Positions 30,213-38,465 of a DNA stretch of 64,000 nucleotides are shown piece by piece. The position numbers and the translations under genes were made by a program. The notes beneath the pieces were generated by a model. The model was not told the origin of the DNA. It was given only the letters and a program-made list of their open reading frames with translations, and did no database searches. The stretch comes from an uncultured Ruminococcus sp. Lineage in GTDB: Bacteria; Bacillota; Clostridia; Oscillospirales; CAG-272. How positions within the stretch are numbered: position 1 is the stretch's first letter; every line of letters starts with the position of its first letter. The DNA is taken from the NCBI GenBank assembly GCA_964522215.1, contig CAZFVR010000003.1:43112-107111 (forward strand), read 5' to 3'.

Positions 30213-30605
30213 TCATCTGTTCCACGGATGAGCGCCGCCGGAGCGCTTAAATGCAACCACTCTGAATTTAGGCACAGTTTTTTTCTCTGTCTCAGCCTCG
30301 GCATTTATATACGCCGTTACGGCCGCTGTTACTGCGGCAACCAAACGCGCCTCCTCGGCTCGTCTTAACGCCTCGGCGAACATGGCCTCCCGGCGCTCGC
30401 GTTCAAGCTCCGCCGCGATGCGTGCTCTTTCTTTTTCTGCCGCCGCTTCCGCCAAGCGCCGTTCGGCTTCAAGGCGTTCTGCCGCCGCGCGTTCGGCTTT
30501 TTTCTTTTTATTTAAAAACATGAGTAATATGACAGCTACCGATACAACTACCGCCACTACGATGGCAGCAATGATGATAGGCCGCAGATCCATTCCGGCG
30601 TTCAT
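30213..30605 (-). CDS. OadG-family-like membrane anchor subunit with an inserted charged coiled-coil
   Basis: N-terminal TM IIIAAIVVAVVVSVAVILLMFL. C-terminal LVAAVTAAVTAYI...FRVVAFKR...W resembles the clostridial OadG/MmdD-type ending. ATGA overlap with the carboxyltransferase stop. Confidence 0.55.
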   Translation of the reverse strand: MNAGMDLRPIIIAAIVVAVVVSVAVILLMFLNKKKKAERAAAERLEAERRLAEAAAEKERARIAAELERERREAMFAEALRRAEEARLVAAVTAAVTAYINAEAETEKKTVPKFRVVAFKRSGGAHPWNR

Positions 30606-32134
30606 CGTTGTCTGCGCCCCTCTCTGCCACCCGGCCGCGTGTGCACACGCGACTTTGCTGCCAGCATCATGACAGCCGAGGTTATCCTTGCGCGCAGCTC
30701 CTGCGGCTCGATAATATCATCGATCTGCCCGCGCATGGCGGCATCTGCAGGGGATGCAAGCTCGCTTTGCCACTTTGCCTCAAGCTCCTCGCGGCTCACC
30801 GTAACATCATTGGCGCAGATGCGGTCATTCCAAACAAATGCCACAGACGCCTCCGGCGACATCGGGCTGATGCACGCCTCAGGGAGCGCCAAAGCAATAT
30901 CGCCGCCAACCGACCGTGATGCCATAAGCGTAAAACCAATACCATAGGCATGACCGAGTATCACGCTGATCTTTGCATTTTCGGATACTGCCATTGCGCG
31001 GTACAGCTCGGATAGCGCCTCGGCATATGCCGCCGCATCAGGTTCTTCCCTGTCCGCGCCATCGCTGGCAACAAGTGTGATCAGCGGTATACCAAAGCTA
31101 TCGCAAAAGCATATTATATGCGCCAGTCTTCGGCAAACATCACGGGTGATAACACCGCCGCGGACTGTCGGCTCGTTTGCCGCAAGACAACACACAACGC
31201 CACCGATATATGCCAGCCCTACCGAAAGCTCCGGTGTGTTGCCGCCAAGGAATATCACATTATCATCATCAGACAGTGCGGTTATAAGACGTCTGCCGCT
31301 CGGCATGCCGGTACCGTCCTTTTGCGCGACCTGTCCCAATGCATATAACAGCTCCGGCGGCAGCGGGCGATCGAGCACCTGCATGTCGGATACGCGAGAG
31401 CCCTCGTTGCAGTTGGACGGCAGATATGAAAGCAGCTCGCGGGTGCGTAGATAAAGCTCATCCTCGTCATCCACAACTATATCGCAGATATCCTCCAGTG
31501 GGTCGACTGCAGGCTTCGCGTCGCCCCCTATAAACGGAGGGACAACATAAAATTCACCCTGCCCTCTCACGGCCAGTTTTATATCAAAGGATGCGGCAAG
31601 CGTTGCCATGCCACCGCCGCATATACCCGGAACGAGAGCAACGGTCGGCAGAATACCGCGGGCGGCCTCAAACTGCCGCATGACCTCACCATATGCTGCC
31701 AGTACACGCGAGCCCTCATAGATCGATGCACCGTGTGAATCAAATATTCCCACTATCGGTGCACCGTTGCGAATTGCAAGGCGTATAAGCTCTGTTATCT
31801 TGCCCGCCGCCACGCTGTCAAACGCTCCGCACATGCGGGCATTATCCTGCACAAAGGCGTAAACAAGTCTGCCCCCAACCGCTCCGTAGCCTGTTATAAC
31901 GGATGAAAAGACCGCGCCCGGTTCATCCTCGACATCACTGCGTGCTATGTACGCGCCTGTTTCCGCGAATGTGCCCATATCAAACAAAGCCGTGATACGC
32001 GCGCGAGCGTTATATCCGCCATTCGCTTCTTTTATTGAGCTAATGTCGATATTTTTCAGCATTTCGCTGAGCTTGCTTGCGGCAATCGCCCCAAGCACAC
32101 TTTTTTTGCGCTCACTGCGATCGGTATTTTCCAT
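30602..32134 (-). CDS. carboxyltransferase (12S / MmdA / PccB family), divergent
   Basis: Aligns by eye along its length with the 12S/PccB family: ARARITALFDMGTFAE, ITGYGAVGGRLVYAFVQD, DSHGASIYEG, PGICGGGMATLA, CDSFGIPLITLV and RGQIDDIIEPQELR. Confidence 0.75.
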   Translation of the reverse strand: MENTDRSERKKSVLGAIAASKLSEMLKNIDISSIKEANGGYNARARITALFDMGTFAETGAYIARSDVEDEPGAVFSSVITGYGAVGGRLVYAFVQDNARMCGAFDSVAAGKITELIRLAIRNGAPIVGIFDSHGASIYEGSRVLAAYGEVMRQFEAARGILPTVALVPGICGGGMATLAASFDIKLAVRGQGEFYVVPPFIGGDAKPAVDPLEDICDIVVDDEDELYLRTRELLSYLPSNCNEGSRVSDMQVLDRPLPPELLYALGQVAQKDGTGMPSGRRLITALSDDDNVIFLGGNTPELSVGLAYIGGVVCCLAANEPTVRGGVITRDVCRRLAHIICFCDSFGIPLITLVASDGADREEPDAAAYAEALSELYRAMAVSENAKISVILGHAYGIGFTLMASRSVGGDIALALPEACISPMSPEASVAFVWNDRICANDVTVSREELEAKWQSELASPADAAMRGQIDDIIEPQELRARITSAVMMLAAKSRVHTRPGGREGRRQR

Positions 32135-32388
32135 AGTAGATCCGTTCCGCCACCACTCGGGCGGCTGTTTTTTCTTGATAGATGTTTATTTACAAGACCG
32201 TATAACTGATTATTATTGTAACGACGATCCTTCCGACCTCGCTGTGCTCGGCCACCGACCTTTACACAAGAGAGGCGTGGGGATAGTGCTAGCATTGCAT
32301 GAGAACATAAAACAACAGCAGAAATTTAATAATAATCCAATTTCTATATTTCTTTAAAATAAAGACCGAACTCTTGCCAAGCTGCTTA

Positions 32389-33567
32389 TTATTTCAGTGC
32401 CTTTGTAAAGGCCTCGATGCGGCACAGTGCCTCGTCAATATGCTTGACGGAATAGGCATAGGAGATCCTGGCAAAGCCCTCGCCCGAACGGCCAAATGCC
32501 GTACCGGGAACTATTGCACATTTATGCTCGTAAAGCAGGCGGTTACAAAATTCATCGCTTGAGAGCCCGAATTTACCTATCTCGGGATAGATATAAAACG
32601 CTCCCTCCGGCTCAAATGACTCGATACCGATATCGGCGAGCCCGCGGTGGATGTATCTGCGCCGCTGATCATACTGCTCTGCCATATATTCAATGTCCGC
32701 ATCCCCATTCTTCATAGCCTCAATGGCCGCCAGCTGACTTGTTGTCGGTGCGCACATGATGGCATATTGGTGAAGCTTTAGTATCTGATCTGCTATCGGT
32801 TGCGGTGCGCACACATAACCCAAACGCCAGCCTGTCATGGCGTAAGCCTTGGAAAAACCGGAGGCCAGCACCGTGCGCTCGCGCATCCCGGGGATGGAAG
32901 CGATGGATGTATGCCTAAAGCCAAAGGTCAGCTCGGCATATATCTCGTCCGAAAGTATTGCCATGTTAGTTGGTCTTATGACCTCGGCAATACGCTCAAG
33001 ATCCTCACGCGTCATGACCGCTCCCGTCGGGTTGTTGGGATATGCAAGCACCAAAAGCTTTGTGCGCGGGGTGATTGCCGCCGCAAGCTTTTCGGGTGTA
33101 AGTTTAAATTTATCGGCGGCGCAGGTATCAACTATAACAGGCACACCGCCCGCCATCCTTACCAGCGGCTCATAGCACACAAAGCAGGGCTCGGGTATTA
33201 TGACCTCATCCCCGGGTTCAACAAGTGCGCGAATGGTCATATCTATCGCTTCACTGCCGCCAACGGTAACTATCATCTCACCGCGCGGCTCGTATTCAAG
33301 CCCGAAACGGCGGGAAAGATATGCAGCTATCTCACGGCGAAGCTCGATAGTTCCCGCGTTTGATGTATAATATGTTTTGCCTTTTTCAAGGCTTTGTATT
33401 CCCGCCTCGCGAATGTGCCAAGGAGTAACAAAGTCAGGCTGACCAACGGTGAGGGAGACCACATCATCCATCTCCTCAAGCAGGTCAAAAAATTTACGTA
33501 TTCCAGATTTTTTCAGGGAGCGTACAGTTGGCGAGAGTAATTTATCGTAATCAAACATTAGTTGCAA
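32389..33567 (-). CDS. class I/II PLP-dependent aminotransferase (AspB-like)
   Basis: YTSNAGTIELRREIA, NPTGAV and PLP-Lys motif SGFSKAYAMTGWRLGY. Confidence 0.88.
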   Translation of the reverse strand: MQLMFDYDKLLSPTVRSLKKSGIRKFFDLLEEMDDVVSLTVGQPDFVTPWHIREAGIQSLEKGKTYYTSNAGTIELRREIAAYLSRRFGLEYEPRGEMIVTVGGSEAIDMTIRALVEPGDEVIIPEPCFVCYEPLVRMAGGVPVIVDTCAADKFKLTPEKLAAAITPRTKLLVLAYPNNPTGAVMTREDLERIAEVIRPTNMAILSDEIYAELTFGFRHTSIASIPGMRERTVLASGFSKAYAMTGWRLGYVCAPQPIADQILKLHQYAIMCAPTTSQLAAIEAMKNGDADIEYMAEQYDQRRRYIHRGLADIGIESFEPEGAFYIYPEIGKFGLSSDEFCNRLLYEHKCAIVPGTAFGRSGEGFARISYAYSVKHIDEALCRIEAFTKALK

Positions 33568-34043
33568 TTCCCTCTCTCGTCCTGCTCCTGCAGGCCGTAC
33601 ACAACACCTTTATCCTTGTATTTTTTAAGGACGAAATGCGTTGCTGTAGACATAACATATTCAATTGGCGCAAGCTTTTGCGCCACAAAGAACGCAACCT
33701 CGCGCATCGTCTTGCCCTCGATTATAAGTGCAAGATCAAAGCCGCCGGACATAAGATAAACGCTCTTTACCTCGGGGTAGCTGTATATCTTTTCCGCCGC
33801 CTTATCAAAGCCGAGGTCGCGCATTGGGGTTATCTTGACCTCTATAAATGCGGTCACATATTCGCGGTCGGTCTTATCCCAGTCAACAAGCGCCTGATAG
33901 CCGAGTATCGTGCCGTCCGCCTCGTAGCCCTCTATTGCGGCCTTTATATCACCCGTCTCCTTGCCAAGCATCACTGCCAGCTGTTCGGGAGTAAGCTTTG
34001 CATCGTTTTCAAGCAATGTAAGGATCTTATCCATTTTTGTCAC
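33558..34043 (-). CDS. Lrp/AsnC-family transcriptional regulator
   Basis: N-terminal HTH ILTLLENDAKLTPEQLAVMLG and a C-terminal RAM domain. Overlaps the aminotransferase start by 10 nt. Confidence 0.85.
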   Translation of the reverse strand: MTKMDKILTLLENDAKLTPEQLAVMLGKETGDIKAAIEGYEADGTILGYQALVDWDKTDREYVTAFIEVKITPMRDLGFDKAAEKIYSYPEVKSVYLMSGGFDLALIIEGKTMREVAFFVAQKLAPIEYVMSTATHFVLKKYKDKGVVYGLQEQDERGNCN

Positions 34044-34069
34044 CTTCGTTTTTATAAAATTTTTTTTGT

Positions 34070-35680
34070 TTATTTGTTTGAGCGGCCCTTAACCTTTTTT
34101 TCGATCGAATCAAAGGAGAGGCCGTATTTTTCGGCAATATCGCGTGCGTAGCTCTTACCATCCGGCTTGGCTCTTGTTATCTTAAAGGAGCGCTGCCCCT
34201 CCTCAATGCCCGCAACAAGGGTATCTATCTTCGCTCCGCTCGGGCTTGTGCGGTCGTTTATATCATCGATCATACCGGCAAGCTCATGCAGGTGAGTGGA
34301 AAAGAGCACGCGACAACCGATAAGCGAGAAGCCGGCCAAAACCTCGGCCGCGATATACGATGCCTCAAACGCACCGGTTGAGGAGAGCGATTCATCCAAA
34401 AGTACCAATGAGCGACTGCTGACCGAGTCAATTATCGAGTCAAGCCTTGCGCATTCCTCACCGAGCCTGCCCTTGTCTATCGTATCATCTGCACCAGTGG
34501 GAAAATGCGTGAATATGGCATCGACCGGCGACACCACTGCGCGTTGAGCCGGAAAGAACATGCCCAGCTGCAGCATGGCCTGCGATATGCCGAGTGCGCA
34601 GGTGATGACGGATTTACCTCCTCGGTTAGGACCGGAAAGAACATATATCGTCGCGTTATCGTCAAATATGAGGTCGTTTGGAACCACATCCCCCTCTATC
34701 TTCAGGGCAACGGCGGGGTTGTAGAGTCCCCACGCGCTGTATGCGCGTTCGTCGGCCGGTGCGATCGTCGGCAGGCAGAGCGGACACCCCTTTGCGCGCA
34801 GGCGCGCAAGCATCCTTGTTCCCTTTACCAAGAACTCTATCTCAGGCATCAGATCCAAAAGGAAATCGGTATTTTCCAAAACATATTGCTGAACGATCTT
34901 CTTCCATGATCTGAGCGAGGAGCTGTAAACATCGTTAATGGCGGTATTAAAGGCGATGGAGAGTGCGGTCTTTTGGTTTTCGGTTTGATTTTTATTAAAC
35001 GGAACGAGCTTTGCAATGCAGGTATATTCATCATCGCGGAAATTTAGGCGAAGTATCTTTTCTATAACATCACCCGAACGGAATTGCTCCGGGTTGATGG
35101 AAAGCACTCCCGCCTCGCGAGGGCGCAGTTGAGCATCAAGATTCACACCGACGGTAACGCTCTTTATCTCTCTTACACGCTTTGTAAGCTCACAGAGCTT
35201 TTCGTTGAGCTCGCTGTAATAGTCGCTCTCCGCAAGCTCGTTTATACGGTCGCAGAGCGTGCGGAAGGCGCGACTGCGCAGCTTGTCGGATGCGGCGTTA
35301 AGCCCGTCATTGAGGGTATCAACGCTTGATATATAAAGCTCTATCTCGGTTATGCTGGCAAGATAATCGGTCGTGTCTCCGTTATCCGATTCAAGACGGC
35401 GAAGCTCCAGTATATCCCCAAGTATCGGCATTACGGAGTTCAGCGTATCGATAAGCTCGGGGTTATCAAGCAGGTCCGAAAAAGTCTCGTTACGGTATGC
35501 AATGACATCCGGATCGGAGGTAAAAAAGTCGGAAAGTGAGCCGTTTTTAAGCTCCAGGATATCGCCAAGCCCCAGCTCCCCAACTACGTATGGGCTGATA
35601 TCGGGACGATCCTCCGAGCGAAGGTGACGCTCCTTTGATTCCTCGCCGGGATATATGAGAGAAAAATTTTTAAGATCCAT
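34070..35680 (-). CDS. MutS-related ATPase (domain V only; no mismatch-binding or Smr domain)
   Basis: Walker A LSGPNRGGKSVITCALG, Walker B LVLLDESLSSTG and STHLHELA. The N-terminal 300 aa are helical and match no domain I recognise. Confidence 0.75.
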   Translation of the reverse strand: MDLKNFSLIYPGEESKERHLRSEDRPDISPYVVGELGLGDILELKNGSLSDFFTSDPDVIAYRNETFSDLLDNPELIDTLNSVMPILGDILELRRLESDNGDTTDYLASITEIELYISSVDTLNDGLNAASDKLRSRAFRTLCDRINELAESDYYSELNEKLCELTKRVREIKSVTVGVNLDAQLRPREAGVLSINPEQFRSGDVIEKILRLNFRDDEYTCIAKLVPFNKNQTENQKTALSIAFNTAINDVYSSSLRSWKKIVQQYVLENTDFLLDLMPEIEFLVKGTRMLARLRAKGCPLCLPTIAPADERAYSAWGLYNPAVALKIEGDVVPNDLIFDDNATIYVLSGPNRGGKSVITCALGISQAMLQLGMFFPAQRAVVSPVDAIFTHFPTGADDTIDKGRLGEECARLDSIIDSVSSRSLVLLDESLSSTGAFEASYIAAEVLAGFSLIGCRVLFSTHLHELAGMIDDINDRTSPSGAKIDTLVAGIEEGQRSFKITRAKPDGKSYARDIAEKYGLSFDSIEKKVKGRSNK

Positions 35681-35719
35681 TTTTGTTTCTATACCTTTGT
35701 TTTTTTATCTTTATCTTTT

Positions 35720-36829
35720 TTATTTATCGGTTATTCTATTCTCCGTTGGGGGAGCGTCACTACGAACGTTATCGCTCGCGGCACCATCGGCAGTGGTGTG
35801 TCCGACTCCCACCGCGCGCCGTACTTCTCCGCCAAGCGGATTTTGACCCATCGCGCGTTCAACATCGCTGTCCGCAACATGCGTGTATATCTGCGTGGTG
35901 TTGAGCTGCTCGTGGCCGAGTATCTCTTTCAGCACTCTTACATCCACCCCGCCCTCACGGTACATGAGCGTTGCAGCCGTATGCCGCAGCTTATGGACGG
36001 AATAGTTTGCCGAGCCGAGTCCCGACATATCAAGATATTTATCCACCATGTTCTCGACCGCCCGAGGACCCATCCTGCGACCGAGTCGACTTATAAAGAG
36101 CGCCGCGGCATCTGCCGGCGTTTGAGACTTGATCTTGCCGCTCGTGCGCTCGGCCATATGATCCGCAAGTGCGGCCTTGGTGGCCTCATTGAAATAAATT
36201 ATACGTTCTTTGTTGCCCTTACCGACCACCCTTGCCGAGCGCAGGTATCTGTCAACATCGGAAATATTCATTCCGCACAGCTCTGAGAGACGTATTCCAC
36301 AGTTTAAAAAGATCGTAATGATCGCAAAATCACGCACTCGCTGGCTTGATCCGACATCTCCGAGGACGGTATCCAGCAAAAGCCTTGATTCATCAAGCGT
36401 GAGGTATTTCGGCAGTGTTTTGCGCTTATTCGGCGCATCTATGGCAATGGTGGGGTCGATATCGACCAGCTGCCGCTTTGATGTGAGGTATTTATAAAGA
36501 CCCTTTATGGCAACAAGCTTACGCGCGCGTGCAGCGGCTCCGTTTTGCCGCTCGCTGTTGATGTAAAACAAAAAATCATATATTTCAGTAGATTTTACAC
36601 TGCGCAAAAACTCGAGATCCACATTTTTTATATCGATGGATCTGAACTCCTCACTGTCCGGAGGCGGAACCGCCCCCTGCCTTTTTGATATCAAAAAACG
36701 AAAGAAGGTCCTGAGATCCAGCATATATTCATTTACAGTGCGCGCCGAGCGCCCCTGTATTACAAGCTTATAGCCCGCAAATTCACGCAGGACGGGAGAA
36801 TAATCATCCGGATCGTATTGTGTTGCCAT
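35720..36829 (-). CDS. tyrosine site-specific recombinase (XerC/XerD-like)
   Basis: SAM-like N-domain (TVNEYMLDLRTFFRF). Catalytic residues are in GIRLSELCG, HKLRHTAAT, LGHEQLNTTQIYTHV. A C-terminal extension of about 45 aa follows. Confidence 0.85.
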   Translation of the reverse strand: MATQYDPDDYSPVLREFAGYKLVIQGRSARTVNEYMLDLRTFFRFLISKRQGAVPPPDSEEFRSIDIKNVDLEFLRSVKSTEIYDFLFYINSERQNGAAARARKLVAIKGLYKYLTSKRQLVDIDPTIAIDAPNKRKTLPKYLTLDESRLLLDTVLGDVGSSQRVRDFAIITIFLNCGIRLSELCGMNISDVDRYLRSARVVGKGNKERIIYFNEATKAALADHMAERTSGKIKSQTPADAAALFISRLGRRMGPRAVENMVDKYLDMSGLGSANYSVHKLRHTAATLMYREGGVDVRVLKEILGHEQLNTTQIYTHVADSDVERAMGQNPLGGEVRRAVGVGHTTADGAASDNVRSDAPPTENRITDK

Positions 36830-36956
36830 TTACCAACCTCATATTTTTGCGGTATTCACCCTATCCTCCGCGGGCTAAAGCATGGACGGTCTATCCTCTG
36901 TTATGTAATATGATGACCGTTTTGGTGGATAAAGTGTAAATTTTCGGGCTTGGATA

Positions 36957-36985
36957 TTGCATTTTTTCGCCCGAGACTATATAAT
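36957..36985 (+). promoter_or_regulatory. sigA-type promoter TTGCAT-17-TATAAT upstream of the 37041 gene
   Basis: TTGCAT at 36957..36962 and TATAAT at 36980..36985. Confidence 0.5.
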
Positions 36986-37040
36986 AAGTATATAAAATTC
37001 AGATCTAACGGCGTCATCGCCGTGAAAGGAAATTCATGCT

Positions 37041-37637
37041 ATGGACTTTTTTAAGAAAAATTCCTACACGATCGTCAAGCTGTTTATAAATCAGCTGGCG
37101 ATATCTATCTTTGGCAACGTGCTTGCAATTGCCTGCGGCATGGCGGATAACCAAACGCTTAAGCTCGTTACAAGCATTTTTGCCATTTTGTTTTTTGTGT
37201 TTTTAAACTATTCGGTCCTCTGGGAGATCGGATACAAGAACCTCCCCGCGATCGATGCCGGCCGCATGCCGCGCCGCCCGTTGACCGGTCTTTATATGGC
37301 GCTGTGGGCATCGGTTCCCAATTTTGTATTTGCAATCATTATAATGCTGGCACAGCTGTTTTGCGATATTGAGTTCTTCTCCACACTCGGCGGTATCACC
37401 TCAATGATCGCTATATGGGTACAGGGCATGTACACTGGTCTGCTCTCTTACATCAAAATAGGCGCACAGCCGGCTAACGCCTACTGGATCTCATACTTTT
37501 TGATAATAATTCCCGGGCTGCTTGCGGGGCTTTTCGGTTACTGGTTTGGTATACTCAACCTCCACCTCACGCGGATCAACATTGCCGAAACACCGGAGGA
37601 GGCCGAAAAAAAACGTAACGCAAAGCTGGATAAATAA
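37041..37637 (+). CDS. hypothetical multi-pass membrane protein
   Basis: 198 aa with 5-6 hydrophobic helices. GAAAGGAAA lies 9 nt upstream. No family recognised. Confidence 0.5.
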   Translation: MDFFKKNSYTIVKLFINQLAISIFGNVLAIACGMADNQTLKLVTSIFAILFFVFLNYSVLWEIGYKNLPAIDAGRMPRRPLTGLYMALWASVPNFVFAIIIMLAQLFCDIEFFSTLGGITSMIAIWVQGMYTGLLSYIKIGAQPANAYWISYFLIIIPGLLAGLFGYWFGILNLHLTRINIAETPEEAEKKRNAKLDK

Positions 37638-37718
37638 CAAACATATTCCGTGCATTGCAAAAAGCTGACGCACGAGCACGAATCAAACAGATAAGTTCAA
37701 ATGAGGAAAGAATGTACT

Positions 37719-38342
37719 ATGCTTGGAAAATACGATAATATAATTTATGATTTTGACGGAACGATAGCCGATTCCTATCCCTTTTTTACTCGCGCACTCC
37801 ATGAAACACTTAATAATTTTGGAATACACGACAGCTATGAGGCGGTACTTGGGCACCTAAAGATCTCCGTACGCCATTCACTGAGCTTTTATGTGCCTGA
37901 TCGCCGACCGGAAGCCAAAAAGATGATGTACTCGATATATCAGAGGCTGGCGCTGGAGGAGGGGCATCCCGTCCCCGGAGTGCCGGAGGCGCTTGAGTAC
38001 GCAATAGCTCACGGAAAGCGCAACTTTTTATACACTCACTCGGACAAGTTCCCTTCCATACTGCTTGAGCGTTGGGGGCTGCTTGATAAGTTTGAATTTA
38101 TCATCGACAGCACTATGAAGTTTCCACCCAAGCCTGCGCCGGATGCCATTAACTTCCTTTGCGAGCATTACTCGCTTGACAAGGATCGCACCCTGATGGT
38201 CGGTGACAGAAATATTGACGTGTTGGCAGGTATCAATGCCGGCGTACACGGCTGCCTGTTTGATGACGGTCATTTTTACGATGATTTTAAATGCGAGCAC
38301 ATAATACACGATATGCATGATATGATATCGATAATAGGCTGA
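37719..38342 (+). CDS. HAD-family hydrolase (phosphoglycolate-phosphatase-like)
   Basis: Motif I IIYDFDGTIADS and motif IV VGDRNIDVLAG. Start at MLGKYDN (ATG 37719). Confidence 0.7.
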   Translation: MLGKYDNIIYDFDGTIADSYPFFTRALHETLNNFGIHDSYEAVLGHLKISVRHSLSFYVPDRRPEAKKMMYSIYQRLALEEGHPVPGVPEALEYAIAHGKRNFLYTHSDKFPSILLERWGLLDKFEFIIDSTMKFPPKPAPDAINFLCEHYSLDKDRTLMVGDRNIDVLAGINAGVHGCLFDDGHFYDDFKCEHIIHDMHDMISIIG

Positions 38343-38367
38343 CAACAATTAAAATAAACATTCACTC

Positions 38368-38401
38368 GCTGCTGCCGCAACAAATGCGGCAGCAGCTTTT
38401 T
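38368..38401 (+). terminator. intrinsic terminator after the HAD gene
   Basis: Stem gctgctgccgca / tgcggcagcagc followed by TTTTT. Confidence 0.7.
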
Positions 38402-38465
38402 CTTTATGATACGGCCGTCGCTTTACTTTTGCGTGCGGCGTATCTTAAGGATGCATCGTATGGCC

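Noticed and set aside
32236-32262. tRNA-like fragment ggtggccgagc (minus strand) in the spacer upstream of the carboxylase-like operon.
   Set aside because: It resembles a class II tRNA D-arm, but there is no acceptor stem, anticodon arm or GTTCRANYC T-loop nearby.
35720-36829. Tyrosine recombinase as a marker of an integrated mobile element.
   Set aside because: There is no adjacent excisionase, phage, conjugation or cargo genes, and no tRNA target. The neighbours are housekeeping-like and tightly packed on the same strand. It is more consistent with a chromosomal Xer-type recombinase, although flanking repeats could not be searched computationally.
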